A DNA stretch of 64,000 bases from Nitrospinales bacterium (GTDB lineage Bacteria; Nitrospinota; Nitrospinia; Nitrospinales; VA-1), in contig CBDCXL010000002.1 in NCBI GenBank assembly GCA_965223795.1, forward strand, positions 448,001 through 512,000. Direction: 5' to 3'. Each line of letters starts with the position of its first letter. Within the stretch, counting starts at the first letter, position 1. Shown here piece after piece: positions 10,108 through 19,543 of this stretch. A model generated the notes under the pieces. That model had not been told where the DNA came from and did no database searches. It saw only the letters and a program-made list of their open reading frames with translations. Made by a program: the position numbers and the translations under genes.

Positions 10108-10246
10108 AGGATGAACCCTATCCCTTGATTTTTTGCAAATTCTGTGTGACAGACTGAAAAAACCGCATTATGTCTCCAAATGCCCTATTGGGCTATACAA
10201 GGCAAGCGCCCTAGATATCTCCTCTAACGCATCAAACGAGAATTCC

Positions 10247-10888
10247 ATGTTCCCCCTGAGCGACGAAAACCCGACCTACGGCCCGACGCCCCTCACCTGG
10301 GGGTTGATCGGAACGAACATCCTGGTGTTCATCTTCGGGTTCAGCTCGTCGCTGGGACCGGAATACCTGTACCTCAATTACGGGCTCATCCCCTACCACC
10401 TGACGCACTTTCCGCAGTCGGCCTACCCCACGGTGTTTTCCTCGATGTTCCTGCACGGCGGCTTCTGGCACCTGGCCGGGAACATGCTCTACCTCTACAT
10501 CTTCGGCAACAACATCGAGGACAAGCTGGGGACGTTCCGTTTCGCACTGTTCTATCTGGTGTGCGGCGCGATTGCGGCGTTCGGGCACATCGCCACGGAC
10601 GTAAACTCCGAGATCCCGATGGTGGGCGCGAGCGGCGCCATCTCGGGCATCCTGGGCGCATACCTGATCCTGTTTCCCCACGCCAGGGTGAAGACGCTCG
10701 TCTTCCTGGGGTTTTTCATCACGGTGGCGCGCATCCCGGCGGTGATCCTTCTGGGGCTGTGGATGCTGTTCCAGGTGGTCAACGGTCTGTCGGTTTCCGT
10801 GGACGGGCCGGGCGTGGCCTGGTTCGCGCACATCGGCGGCTTCATCGCGGGGATGGTGCTCATCCGGCCGTTTCTGGGCATGAGGTGA
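10247..10888 (+). CDS. Rhomboid family intramembrane serine protease
   Basis: MFLHGGFWHLAGNM, GASGAISG catalytic Ser, AHIGG His. Confidence 0.95.
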   Translation: MFPLSDENPTYGPTPLTWGLIGTNILVFIFGFSSSLGPEYLYLNYGLIPYHLTHFPQSAYPTVFSSMFLHGGFWHLAGNMLYLYIFGNNIEDKLGTFRFALFYLVCGAIAAFGHIATDVNSEIPMVGASGAISGILGAYLILFPHARVKTLVFLGFFITVARIPAVILLGLWMLFQVVNGLSVSVDGPGVAWFAHIGGFIAGMVLIRPFLGMR

Positions 10889-10903
10889 GCGCGACAACAC
10901 TCA

Positions 10904-11021
10904 GACAGGATGGACGGGATAAAAGCGAGGATGGATTTCACTGAGATGGGCTTGTGGAATGTCACACTTCGACAGGCTCAGGGTGACATTCGACTGTCAT
11001 GCTGAGCTTGTCGAAGCATGA
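10904..11021. repeat. GACAGGAT module followed by an inverted pair of REP-like GTCA-nnn-TGAGCYTGTCGAAG hairpins
   Basis: GACAGGATGGACGGGATAAAA at 10904; CTTCGACAGGCTCAGGGTGACA (10967-10988) inverted to TGTCATGCTGAGCTTGTCGAAG (10995-11016). Confidence 0.85.
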
Positions 11022-11235
11022 GACAGGCGAAAAATTCAGGGTGCCTCAGAAAAGATATTAAGAACACGTTTTCGATTCTCCTCTCCTCTTAAAGCTCTTT
11101 CTCAAGTAAAAAATCCGCGCTCCATAAGAAGCGATTTCTCAACAAAATTGCCCATCCCGCGCAATCAAATACAATTCTCCCCCTTTAAATTCAATCACTT
11201 AAGCCTTAACCTGAAAGAAAGCCCCAAAATGGATC

Positions 11236-11619
11236 ATGAATCCCCGAACCGCGCTTTCAAAATCAGGAAACGGCATGAGTCCCTTGAGCTTGTGGCTGAA
11301 TGGCAAAAAATGGCGGGAGGACAACCTGTCGTCCTGGGAGGGCATGGGCATTCCCGGCGAGAACGGGCTGAACCCGTTTCAGCAGGAATGCCTGGACTAT
11401 CTCGGCAGCGTTGTGGACATCGCGGAACACCGCGTGGAAGGCGACGCAGAAAAAACCATTTCCGGACGGCTGGGAAAGAAGGGGGAAGTGCAATACTTCA
11501 TCTATGAAGACAGCGCCGTCATCCGCAACGGCAAAAAAGATTTCCAATTCCAGCGCTGGGACTACCGCACCCTCAGCGACCTCATCCAAGCCTTCGTCGC
11601 CAAAGCGAAAAAGTTCTGA
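11236..11619 (+). CDS. Hypothetical protein
   Basis: 127 aa ORF with protein-like composition, 6 bp before next gene; no recognised motif; start uncertain. Confidence 0.6.
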   Translation: MNPRTALSKSGNGMSPLSLWLNGKKWREDNLSSWEGMGIPGENGLNPFQQECLDYLGSVVDIAEHRVEGDAEKTISGRLGKKGEVQYFIYEDSAVIRNGKKDFQFQRWDYRTLSDLIQAFVAKAKKF

Positions 11620-11625
11620 AACCCG

Positions 11626-12138
11626 ATGGAAGTGACGGCGAACATCACGAAGTGGGATGTCGCGAATTTGTATCTTCATTGGTTTTTCAGGTTTAAGTAT
11701 TTAGCCTTGCTAGTGATTTTTATTTTCGTGAGTTGCGCGATTTTTTATCCTCATAAAACTTTCTATGATTATCAGATTACCCTTATCGTTGCCATTGTTG
11801 GTGGAGGTTTTTCAGTATTAGTGGGCTTACTAATGTCCCTAGCACATGTTTATTTAATATCTCCATTTATTGGCCTAAAAGGACTTGGCAAACATATATA
11901 CACTATAAGTGATAATGGACTTTACGAAAAAGCGCCTACAAACGAAAGATTAGATAAGTGGACTGAAATACTTTCTATCGAGAAATCACAGAACTATATT
12001 TATGTTCGTGTGCCAAATCTTAATTTTTTAACTCCACTGTTTCACGCAATTCCCCGCCGGAACTTTAAAAATAAGGACGAATTTTACGACTTCTATTACA
12101 AAGCTACTAGATACTGGAAAGAAGCTTTTAATAATTAA
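11626..12138 (+). CDS. YcxB-like membrane protein (low GC)
   Basis: Two N-terminal TM segments and YcxB-like C-terminus (KWTEILSIEKSQNYIYV...AIPRRNF); AT-rich relative to flanks. Confidence 0.75.
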   Translation: MEVTANITKWDVANLYLHWFFRFKYLALLVIFIFVSCAIFYPHKTFYDYQITLIVAIVGGGFSVLVGLLMSLAHVYLISPFIGLKGLGKHIYTISDNGLYEKAPTNERLDKWTEILSIEKSQNYIYVRVPNLNFLTPLFHAIPRRNFKNKDEFYDFYYKATRYWKEAFNN

Positions 12139-12156
12139 TTGAAAGTTTTTTTTCTA

Positions 12157-12323
12157 CCCCCTCACCCCAGCCCTCAAGCCACCACCGGTATTTGAATAAG
12201 CGGGTGTCAAGCTATGCTTGGCCTCCCTCCAGGGGAGAGGGATAATACAATTTTTCTTTGCGTCTTCGCGGCGTCACCCTGTGGGTATTGAGCGAGTCCT
12301 GCTTGTATCCTGTTCATCCTGTC
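12157..12323 (-). repeat. Composite intergenic element, copy 2 (inverted)
   Basis: Reverse complement reads GACAGGATGAACAGGATACAAGCAGG...GACGCAAAGAAAA...CCCTCTCCCCTGGAGGGAGGCCAAGCATAGCTTGACAC...GTGGCTTGAGGGCTGGGGTGAGGGGG; extra GACAGGAT module at ~12396-12414. Confidence 0.9.
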
Positions 12324-12447
12324 CCTTACTTCTATTCTCATTCTGGCGGCGGCACGACTGCGGACGTGGCGTGAAGCCCGCTTTTATCTTTGGGCTTGAT
12401 CCTGCTATCCTGTCAAAACTGAATTCTGAAAAACAGGTGAATCGGGC

Positions 12448-12774
12448 ATGTGCGCGCATTTGGGGGAATGGCTGGGGGTCGGGCTGATGCTGGTGGCGGG
12501 GCTGTACGTCGCGGCGTTTCTGTATTTGCACTACGTTCTCAAAATCGCGCACAAGGAGGTGTCGGTCTCCCTCGGCGGCGATTCGGTTTTGGGCTTTATC
12601 TCGCCTTCCTACCAGTACCGGTTGTTCCGCTTTGTCATCGGCAAGCGGTATCTCGATCTGTACAGCGACACGCTCAACAAGCTGTGCGAAGGCATCCGCC
12701 ACATCGCGCTGATCTTCTTCTGCGGCCTGATCGCCGGCTATATCTTCCTGCAATCCTGCGCCACGGGGTTTTAG
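12448..12774 (+). CDS. Small hypothetical membrane protein
   Basis: 108 aa with two hydrophobic segments; start uncertain. Confidence 0.55.
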   Translation: MCAHLGEWLGVGLMLVAGLYVAAFLYLHYVLKIAHKEVSVSLGGDSVLGFISPSYQYRLFRFVIGKRYLDLYSDTLNKLCEGIRHIALIFFCGLIAGYIFLQSCATGF

Positions 12775-12839
12775 CGTTTCCAGTACAAGCACAGTTTCCC
12801 AATACGAAACCTATTCATTTCCTACCTTTTTTTGGTTTT

Positions 12840-12962
12840 CTTTGCGCCCTTTGCGTCTTTGCGGTTATTAAAATTTTTTGTTTTTTACCCAGCGCAAACT
12901 CTTAAAGATTTTGCCAAATTCTTTAAAAACGGTTGAACCGCAAAGACGCAAAGAACGCAAAG
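12840..12962. repeat. 27 bp inverted repeat built of CGCAAAG units
   Basis: CTTTGCGCCCTTTGCGTCTTTGCGGTT (12840-12866) vs AACCGCAAAGACGCAAAGAACGCAAAG (12936-12962), 2 mismatches; 2 bp from the GxxExxY stop. Confidence 0.9.
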
Positions 12963-12964
12963 TG

Positions 12965-13342
12965 TCAAAGACCCAGAACTATGCGTTCAATTCCATTTTT
13001 AAGAACAGGAACATTGAAATTGATCAATATACCAAGTTTACAATGGGTCAGTTTCAAATAGGTCATGAGTTGTGCTTTGTGAACGGGCAATATTTTATCC
13101 ACTGTCTTGAGTTCCACGACGACCTTCTCATCGACGAGAAAGTCCAAACGAAAACCACAATCCATCAAAACGTCTTTATATTTAATGAGTTGTGACAATT
13201 CTTTCTGGAAGGGGATATTCTGGATTGAAAACTCGCGTGCCAGACACTCCTGATAAACACTTTCCAGTAAACCGGGGCCTAGATGGCGATGAACTTCGAT
13301 ACTGGCTCCGATGATTTTACTGGACCATTCATTTTCATCCAT
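12965..13342 (-). CDS. GxxExxY protein (PD-(D/E)XK nuclease superfamily)
   Basis: EVHRHLGPGLLESVY, FRLDFLV...VVELK, AQLMTYL, GILINF; AT-rich. Confidence 0.95.
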   Translation of the reverse strand: MDENEWSSKIIGASIEVHRHLGPGLLESVYQECLAREFSIQNIPFQKELSQLIKYKDVLMDCGFRLDFLVDEKVVVELKTVDKILPVHKAQLMTYLKLTHCKLGILINFNVPVLKNGIERIVLGL

Positions 13343-13351
13343 CTCCGCTTC

Positions 13352-13555
13352 TCAATCCCCGGCGGTGAACATGGAGACAAGCAGGGCCACGATGAGGGTA
13401 ACGAACAGGATCATGATGACCATGAACCAGGGGCCGGAACGGCCGAAAGTGGGGTAATTGGGGATGTTCGGGTTGACGGCGGTCTGGCAGTGGGGACAGA
13501 CGGTGGCTTCGGGCTCGATGTCTTCGCCGCAGGCGCGGCAGCGGTGGCTGCTCAT
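13352..13555 (-). CDS. Zinc-ribbon membrane protein
   Basis: CRAC...CPHC followed by a C-terminal TM helix. Confidence 0.75.
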   Translation of the reverse strand: MSSHRCRACGEDIEPEATVCPHCQTAVNPNIPNYPTFGRSGPWFMVIMILFVTLIVALLVSMFTAGD

Positions 13556-13563
13556 GGTTTCCC

Positions 13564-14829
13564 TCAGGTTCTGGTTTTCATAATCCGCTGGCGCAACAGA
13601 TTGAGCGCTGCCTGGGCGGCGCGTTCCTTATTGCGGCCGCGGTCCTGGTGAAAGCGGTACTTGCGAAACTCGGTTCCTTCTGCATCGGCCACGGCGATGT
13701 AGGTCAGGCCGACGGGTTTGGCCTCGCTGCCGCCGTCGGGCCCGGCGATGCCGGTGACGGAAAGCCCGTAGTCGGCGCCGGCGGCGGCGCGCACGCCTTC
13801 GGCCATGGCGAGTGCGGTCTCGGGGCTGACGGCGCCCTTCTCGCGCAGCACGGTCTCCTGCACGCCGAGCCGTTTCATTTTAGCATCGTTGCTGTAGGTG
13901 ACGGCGCCTTCGAGAAAATATCCGGAACTTCCCGGCACCTGGGTCAGGCGGTGGCCGATGAGCCCGCCGGTGCAGGATTCGGCCACGGCGAGCGTCTGGT
14001 GTTTCTCTTTGAGCAGCGCCCCCACCCTGCCCTCCAGGGTTTCCTGATCGACGCCGAAGATGTCCGCGCCGATCTTTTCGCGCAGGAGCGTCTCGGCCGC
14101 ATCCAGCTTCGCTTTCACGGCCTCGGGCATGGTGTCGGTCGCGGACAGCCGCACGCGCACGCCGAGGTGGGACGGCAGCGACGCGACGGTGGCGAACGCT
14201 TCGATCGGGGTCAACGGCCCGACGCGCGACCACAGGTCCGACTCGGTCAAGCCGGTGGTGTTGAGCATGCGGTGGACGATGACGGGTCCGCCCGGCCGGG
14301 CCAGTTCGGGGGCGATGTATTTTTCGAACAGGTGCTGCATCTCCAGCGGAATGCCCGGCAGGGCGCAGACCGCCTTGCCGTCGCGCTCGAAGCGGAAACC
14401 CGGCGCGGTGCCCTTGTCGTTGTACAGGATTGTCGCCTTCTCGGGAACCTGGGTCTGGCTCACTATCGAATCGGGTATGGCCTTTCCCCGGTTTTTGAAG
14501 ATGCGCGCCAGGTTTTCCGCCACCTTCTCGTCGCGGCGGAACCCGGAGTCGAACAGTTTGGCCAGGACGTTTTTGGTGATGTCGTCGTGGGTGGAGCCCA
14601 GCCCGCCGGTGGTGATGACGAGCGCCGCCCGGTCCAGGGCCTCGCGCACCGCCTGGGTGATGATTTCGGGGTCGTCGCCCACGGCGGTGACGCGCGCCGC
14701 GACCCAACCCGCCTGCTGCAGGCGGCCGCACAGAAAGCGGGCGTTGCCGTCGGCGATCAGGCCGCTGACGATCTCGTTGCCGATGGTGACGATTTCCGCT
14801 CTGGGAACGTTCGAATGCTGTTCAAACAC
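13564..14829 (-). CDS. cinA: CinA (MoCF-biosynthesis-like domain + PncC NMN deamidase)
   Basis: IGNE, TGGLGSTHDDIT, GTAPG, AESCTGG, TYSN, GIAGPDGG; GTG start with GGAGG upstream. Confidence 0.95.
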   Translation of the reverse strand: MFEQHSNVPRAEIVTIGNEIVSGLIADGNARFLCGRLQQAGWVAARVTAVGDDPEIITQAVREALDRAALVITTGGLGSTHDDITKNVLAKLFDSGFRRDEKVAENLARIFKNRGKAIPDSIVSQTQVPEKATILYNDKGTAPGFRFERDGKAVCALPGIPLEMQHLFEKYIAPELARPGGPVIVHRMLNTTGLTESDLWSRVGPLTPIEAFATVASLPSHLGVRVRLSATDTMPEAVKAKLDAAETLLREKIGADIFGVDQETLEGRVGALLKEKHQTLAVAESCTGGLIGHRLTQVPGSSGYFLEGAVTYSNDAKMKRLGVQETVLREKGAVSPETALAMAEGVRAAAGADYGLSVTGIAGPDGGSEAKPVGLTYIAVADAEGTEFRKYRFHQDRGRNKERAAQAALNLLRQRIMKTRT

Positions 14830-14947
14830 ACTGCCTCCCGGCAATTCCGACTGCGCGCGTGTTTCCCCTTTGGCAAACACGCGCTTTTACCTTAATATAA
14901 GGAAACCAAGGCGCAAGTTCCATACGAACCCACACCCTTCCGAAGTC

Positions 14948-15412
14948 ATGGACGAAACACAAAAACTGCTGGACGCCCTCAAGGACGACGACGCGGAAAC
15001 CCGCAACCGGGCGACGCGCACGCTCTGGCGGATGTGGTTCGGCGAAGCGGGCCCCGAAGCGGAAACCACGCTCAACCGGGGCACGGCGATGATGAACGCC
15101 AAACGTCTGGAAGAAGCGGAATCGGTGTTCCTGCACCTCATCCAGCAGCACCCGGACTTTCCGGAAGCCCACAACAAGCTGGCGACGGTCCTGTTTTTAA
15201 AGGGCGACTATACAGGATCGGTGGTCGAATGCCAACGCACGCTGCGAATGAACCCGCACCACTTCGGCGCCTGGAACGGAATGGGTCTGTGCCTGTACCA
15301 GCTTGCCCGCTACGACGAGGCGCTCAAGAGCTTCCACCGGGCGCTTTCGATTCAACCCCACGCCGACATCAACCGCAAATACATCGCCCGCTGCCGCGGC
15401 CACCTGAACTAG
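14948..15412 (+). CDS. TPR-repeat protein
   Basis: MDETQKLL...PDFPEAHNKLATVLF...NPHHFGAWNGMG...ALSIQP; 3' part of ORF 14060..15412. Confidence 0.88.
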   Translation: MDETQKLLDALKDDDAETRNRATRTLWRMWFGEAGPEAETTLNRGTAMMNAKRLEEAESVFLHLIQQHPDFPEAHNKLATVLFLKGDYTGSVVECQRTLRMNPHHFGAWNGMGLCLYQLARYDEALKSFHRALSIQPHADINRKYIARCRGHLN

Positions 15413-15478
15413 GCAGCCTCGCATTCACTTCACCCTTCGGCCGAAGCCCTGTTGCGGGTCCTTCGAACGGATGACAGG

Positions 15479-16726
15479 ATGGACCCCATGCAGGAGACGC
15501 AGACAGACGACATTGCACGCAGGACCTTTCACCGCGATCTGTGGCGCGGCGGGTTCGAGGGCGTGCTGGCGGCGGGATCGCAGACGTTCTGCCTGTTCAT
15601 CGCCATCCGCTATTTCGACGCCGGGGAAACCGTCAAGGCGCTGATCGCCGCCGGACCGTTCATGGGCATGTTTCTGTCGCTGCTATTGGTGCACTACGCC
15701 AGCGGCACAAAATCGAAAAAGGCCCTGTGGGGGGCGGCGCCTTCGGTGATGACCGGGCTCTGCCTGATCGCGGCGGCGTGGATGCCTTCGGTGGGCTGGT
15801 ACGCGCTGCTGGTGACGGTGGCGTACATCGGCCGCAGCGCGCTGCTGCCGTTTCTCACCGATATCTACGGCGACAACTACCCGCCGGACCGGCGCGGGCA
15901 TTTTTTCTCGCGCTCGATGGTGCTCACGGTGGGCATCTCGGTGGCGTTCGGCTACGCCGGTTCCTGGGTTCTCGAAATCGACATCGGGCATTACCGCTGG
16001 CTGTTCACGTTCCTGGGGCTGTGCGCGCTGGCGAAGGCCGTGGCCATCTACGGCATGCCGTCCAAAACCGTGGACGGCGGCGCATATGCAAATCCGTTCG
16101 GCAATTTGAAATACGTCTACAAGGACCGCTCGTTCGGCTACGTGCTGCTCACTTGGTTCATCATGGGGTTCGCCAACCTGTGGACGCTGCCGCTGCGCGT
16201 GGATTACGTGGCCTCGGCGGAGTACGGCATCGAGGGCTCGGCCCTGTTCGTGGCGCTGATCATCACGATCATCCCCGACACCATGCGCATGCTGTTCATC
16301 CCGTTCTGGGGGAAGCTGTTCGACCGCATGAACTTCGTGGTGCTTAGAATGTGGCTCAACGTGATGTTCGGCGCGGGCGTGGCGCTGTTTTTCATCAGCA
16401 AGAATCCCTGGATCATCGGGCTGGGTTCGGCGCTCATCGGCCTGACCTTCGCGGGCGGCAGCATCGCCTGGGCGCTGTGGGTGACCAAATACGCCCCTCC
16501 CGGCAAGACGGCGGCCTACATGTCGGTGCACGTCTGCCTGACCGGCGTGCGCGGCACGATCGGTCCTTTGGTCGGCTACTGGGCGGCCAGCAGGATCGGC
16601 ACCGTGCAGATCGGGCTGCTGTCCGCGGGCATGATGGTGCTGGCCAGCGTGATGCTGATCCCGGAACTCAAGCGCGGCCGCCGGCCGACGCAGACGCCGT
16701 CGCCGCAAACCGGGAAAATGCCCTGA
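15479..16726 (+). CDS. MFS-type transporter
   Basis: About 12 hydrophobic segments, YPPDRRG and WGKLFDR loop motifs. Confidence 0.85.
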   Translation: MDPMQETQTDDIARRTFHRDLWRGGFEGVLAAGSQTFCLFIAIRYFDAGETVKALIAAGPFMGMFLSLLLVHYASGTKSKKALWGAAPSVMTGLCLIAAAWMPSVGWYALLVTVAYIGRSALLPFLTDIYGDNYPPDRRGHFFSRSMVLTVGISVAFGYAGSWVLEIDIGHYRWLFTFLGLCALAKAVAIYGMPSKTVDGGAYANPFGNLKYVYKDRSFGYVLLTWFIMGFANLWTLPLRVDYVASAEYGIEGSALFVALIITIIPDTMRMLFIPFWGKLFDRMNFVVLRMWLNVMFGAGVALFFISKNPWIIGLGSALIGLTFAGGSIAWALWVTKYAPPGKTAAYMSVHVCLTGVRGTIGPLVGYWAASRIGTVQIGLLSAGMMVLASVMLIPELKRGRRPTQTPSPQTGKMP

Positions 16727-16823
16727 TTCAAGATAAAGGCACTCCCGCCTTGATCCTGCATTAGTATCTTGATATAAAATGTTTTTTTTCATTCAAGTCC
16801 AATTTTTGATGGGGGGGCGAACC

Positions 16824-17342
16824 TTGGCAAATCCGCTAGTGGGCATAGTGATGGGCAGCGATTCGGACTATCCGGTGATGGAAGAAGCCAGTAAAATTCT
16901 CAAACAGTTCGGGGTGGAGCACGAGGTGGAGGTGACGTCCGCGCACCGCTCTCCGGCACGGACCCGCAACTGGGTGCGCAAGGCCGAAAAAGGCGACGTC
17001 AAAATTTTGATCGCCGGGGCCGGCGCGGCGGCGCATCTGGCCGGGGTGCTGGCGGCGGAATCGACGCTGCCGGTCATCGGGGTGCCCATCGACTCGAGCC
17101 CGCTGCAGGGGCTGGACTCGCTCCTGTCCACGGTGCAGATGCCGGGCGGCGTTCCGGTGGCCTCGATGGGCATCGGCAAAGCCGGGGCGCGCAATGCCGG
17201 CCTTCTGGCGGTGCAGATCCTCGCTCTGGGAGACAGCAAGCTGAAATCCCGGCTGCAACAATATAAAAAATACCAGGCTAAAGAGGTGGAACTCAAAAGC
17301 CGCAAACTCAAGACCGCTCATGCCCGAAATACTAAAGATTGA
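16824..17342 (+). CDS. purE: N5-CAIR mutase
   Basis: IVMGSDSD, SAHRSP, AGAGAAAHLAG, QMPGGVPVA; TTG start inferred. Confidence 0.97.
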   Translation: MANPLVGIVMGSDSDYPVMEEASKILKQFGVEHEVEVTSAHRSPARTRNWVRKAEKGDVKILIAGAGAAAHLAGVLAAESTLPVIGVPIDSSPLQGLDSLLSTVQMPGGVPVASMGIGKAGARNAGLLAVQILALGDSKLKSRLQQYKKYQAKEVELKSRKLKTAHARNTKD

Positions 17343-17985
17343 CGCGAACGACGACCCGGCCGTCCTGCGCTCCCACTGGGTGCGGATCAAACGGATTCTC
17401 AACCTGGGCGGCGTGATCGCGTACCCGACGGACACATTTTACGGCCTGGGGGTCAACCCGTTCAACGAACAGGCGGTGGCGCGGATCTTCAAGATCAAGA
17501 ACCGCCCGGAAGACAAGCCGCTGCTGCTTCTGGTGTCGTCCATCCATCAGGTGCCGCGCTTGGTGAGCGAGGTCAGCCCGACGGCGGCGACCCTGATCGA
17601 GAAGCTGTGGCCCGGCCCGACGACGCTTTTGCTCAAATCCGCCTCGCACCTGCCCAACAACCTGACGGCGCACACCGGCAAGATCGGCATCCGTCAGCCG
17701 GGAAACGACCTGACCTTAAAGCTGATCGAGGGGGTGGGCTTTCCGATCACGGGAACCAGCGCCAACATCAGCGGCGCGGACAACACAAAAAGCGCGCAGG
17801 AGGCGCTCGATTGCTTCGGCTCCAGCATCGACCTGATCGTCGACGGCGGCCCCGCTCCCGAAGGCGAACGGGAATCCACCATCCTGGACACCACCCTGTC
17901 GCCGCCGCTCATCATCCGCGAAGGGGTGGTCGGCAAATCCGAAATCGAATCCATCCTCGAGATGCCCTGCATTCTGGTGCCATGA
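17320..17985 (+). CDS. tsaC: L-threonylcarbamoyladenylate synthase (Sua5/YrdC)
   Basis: YPTDTFYGLG, KNRPEDKPL, WPGPTT, TSANISG, STILD. Confidence 0.95.
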   Translation: MPEILKIDANDDPAVLRSHWVRIKRILNLGGVIAYPTDTFYGLGVNPFNEQAVARIFKIKNRPEDKPLLLLVSSIHQVPRLVSEVSPTAATLIEKLWPGPTTLLLKSASHLPNNLTAHTGKIGIRQPGNDLTLKLIEGVGFPITGTSANISGADNTKSAQEALDCFGSSIDLIVDGGPAPEGERESTILDTTLSPPLIIREGVVGKSEIESILEMPCILVP

Positions 17986-18007
17986 TGCGCGGGGCGGCGA
18001 GCCGGCC

Positions 18008-18385
18008 ATGATCTACGGCACCGGGGTGGACCTGATCGCCGTCGCCCGCATCGGCCGGTCGCTGGAAAAATACTCCCCCAAATTCGAAGCGCGGCTGTTC
18101 ACGGAGCTGGAAATCGGCTACTGCCGGTCGCAGGCGGACCCGGTTAAACATTTTGCGGCGCGGTTCGCGGTCAAGGAAGCGGTGATGAAATGCCTGGGGT
18201 CGGGCATGGAACAGGGCATCGGCTTTAAGGACATCGAGGTGGCCAACGAGGCGTCCGGCAAGCCCACGGCCCGGTTGAGCGGCCGGGCGAAGGAGCGGTT
18301 CGAGGCGCTGGGGCTTTGCGCGCTGCACGTTTCCATCTCTCACGACGACCATTACGCCGTCGCCCAGGCCATCGCCGAGAAATAG
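18008..18385 (+). CDS. acpS: Holo-ACP synthase
   Basis: GTGVDL, AARFAVKEA, GKP, VSISHD. Confidence 0.96.
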   Translation: MIYGTGVDLIAVARIGRSLEKYSPKFEARLFTELEIGYCRSQADPVKHFAARFAVKEAVMKCLGSGMEQGIGFKDIEVANEASGKPTARLSGRAKERFEALGLCALHVSISHDDHYAVAQAIAEK

Positions 18386-18601
18386 CGCCGCCCCGTCGCG
18401 GGGACCGGATATGCCCGCAAACCTGTATCGCGCAGAACCCGCCGCGAACGGTTTTAAAACCCAAGTTGAGTGATAAGAAAAGCTCCCGGCGGGGATCACA
18501 ATCCAATCCATGGAGGGTGGTAAAGCGCTTCCTTTCGGAACGCCGGAAAACAATCCGCGCTTGCGGCCCTTCGAAACGTCAACATTCCTTCCTGAGAATC
18601 C

Positions 18602-19543
18602 ATGAAACCCGGATGGTTGAAACGATCGCGTTTCCTGCTGGAGCACTGGGCTGTGAGCCTGCTGTCGCTGGGCGTGCGCCCGCTTTCCGCGCAGGCGATT
18701 GTCCGTCTGGGCCGCTCAGCGGGCGGGCTGGCGTTTCGGATTTCCGGCCGGAGGGTGCGCACGGCGCTCACCAACCTGGACATCGCGTTCGGCGGCGAAA
18801 AATCCCGCGCGGAAAAACAGCGCATCGCCAAACGCGCGTTTCAGCATTTCTGCGTGGCGGCGCTGCAGTGCCTGTGGCTGCAGCACGACACCAAGCGGCG
18901 TGCGGCGGCGCTCATTGAAGGCGAACCGAAGGGACTGGATCTGATCGAACAGGGTCTCAAAGGCGGAAATGGCATTCTATTCCTCATCGCCCACTACGGC
19001 AACTGGGAAGTGCCGGGCATCCACAACGGCTTTCTGGGGATCTGCCCGCTCAATTTCATCGTGCGGCGGCTGGACAACCCGTATCTGGAAGAACGGGTGC
19101 GGCGGTTCCGGTCGGTGTCGGGCAACGGCATCTTCTACCGCGGCGAATCGCCGTTTCAGATCGTGCGGGCGCTCAAGAACAACGCCTGCGTCGCGGTGAT
19201 GATGGACCAGAACACGGCAAAGGACGCGATCTTCGTGGATTTTTTCGGCAAAAAGGCCGCGACGCCGCGGGCGATGGCGTCGTTGAGCCTCAAGCTCAAT
19301 ACCCCGATCCTGCCGATGTTTTCCCACCCCACGGAGAAGGGAACCTACCGCGTCGAAGTGGGCCCGTTTATCGAAACGGCGGCCACGGGCGACGCGCAGC
19401 AGGATGTGCTGGTGCGGACCCAGGCCTGTGAAGCGTTCATCGAATCGGTGATCCGCAAACAGCCGGAACCGTGGATGTGGTTTCACCGGCGCTGGAAAAC
19501 CCGCCCGCCTGAAGAATCCCCGAAAACGCTGTACCACGGCTGA
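18602..19543 (+). CDS. lpxL: Lipid A late acyltransferase (LpxL/HtrB family)
   Basis: HYGNWE, MMDQ, VDFFG, PEPWMWFHRRWK. Confidence 0.9.
   Translation: MKPGWLKRSRFLLEHWAVSLLSLGVRPLSAQAIVRLGRSAGGLAFRISGRRVRTALTNLDIAFGGEKSRAEKQRIAKRAFQHFCVAALQCLWLQHDTKRRAAALIEGEPKGLDLIEQGLKGGNGILFLIAHYGNWEVPGIHNGFLGICPLNFIVRRLDNPYLEERVRRFRSVSGNGIFYRGESPFQIVRALKNNACVAVMMDQNTAKDAIFVDFFGKKAATPRAMASLSLKLNTPILPMFSHPTEKGTYRVEVGPFIETAATGDAQQDVLVRTQACEAFIESVIRKQPEPWMWFHRRWKTRPPEESPKTLYHG

Noticed and set aside
9931..12962. CRISPR array or integron attC array
   Set aside because: Repeats are dispersed, inverted and heterogeneous without regular spacers; no cas or intI gene and no convincing attC box structure.
14060..14947. 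450 aa ORF 14060..15412 as one protein
   Set aside because: The 5' part is antisense to cinA; only the TPR part from 14948 looks real.
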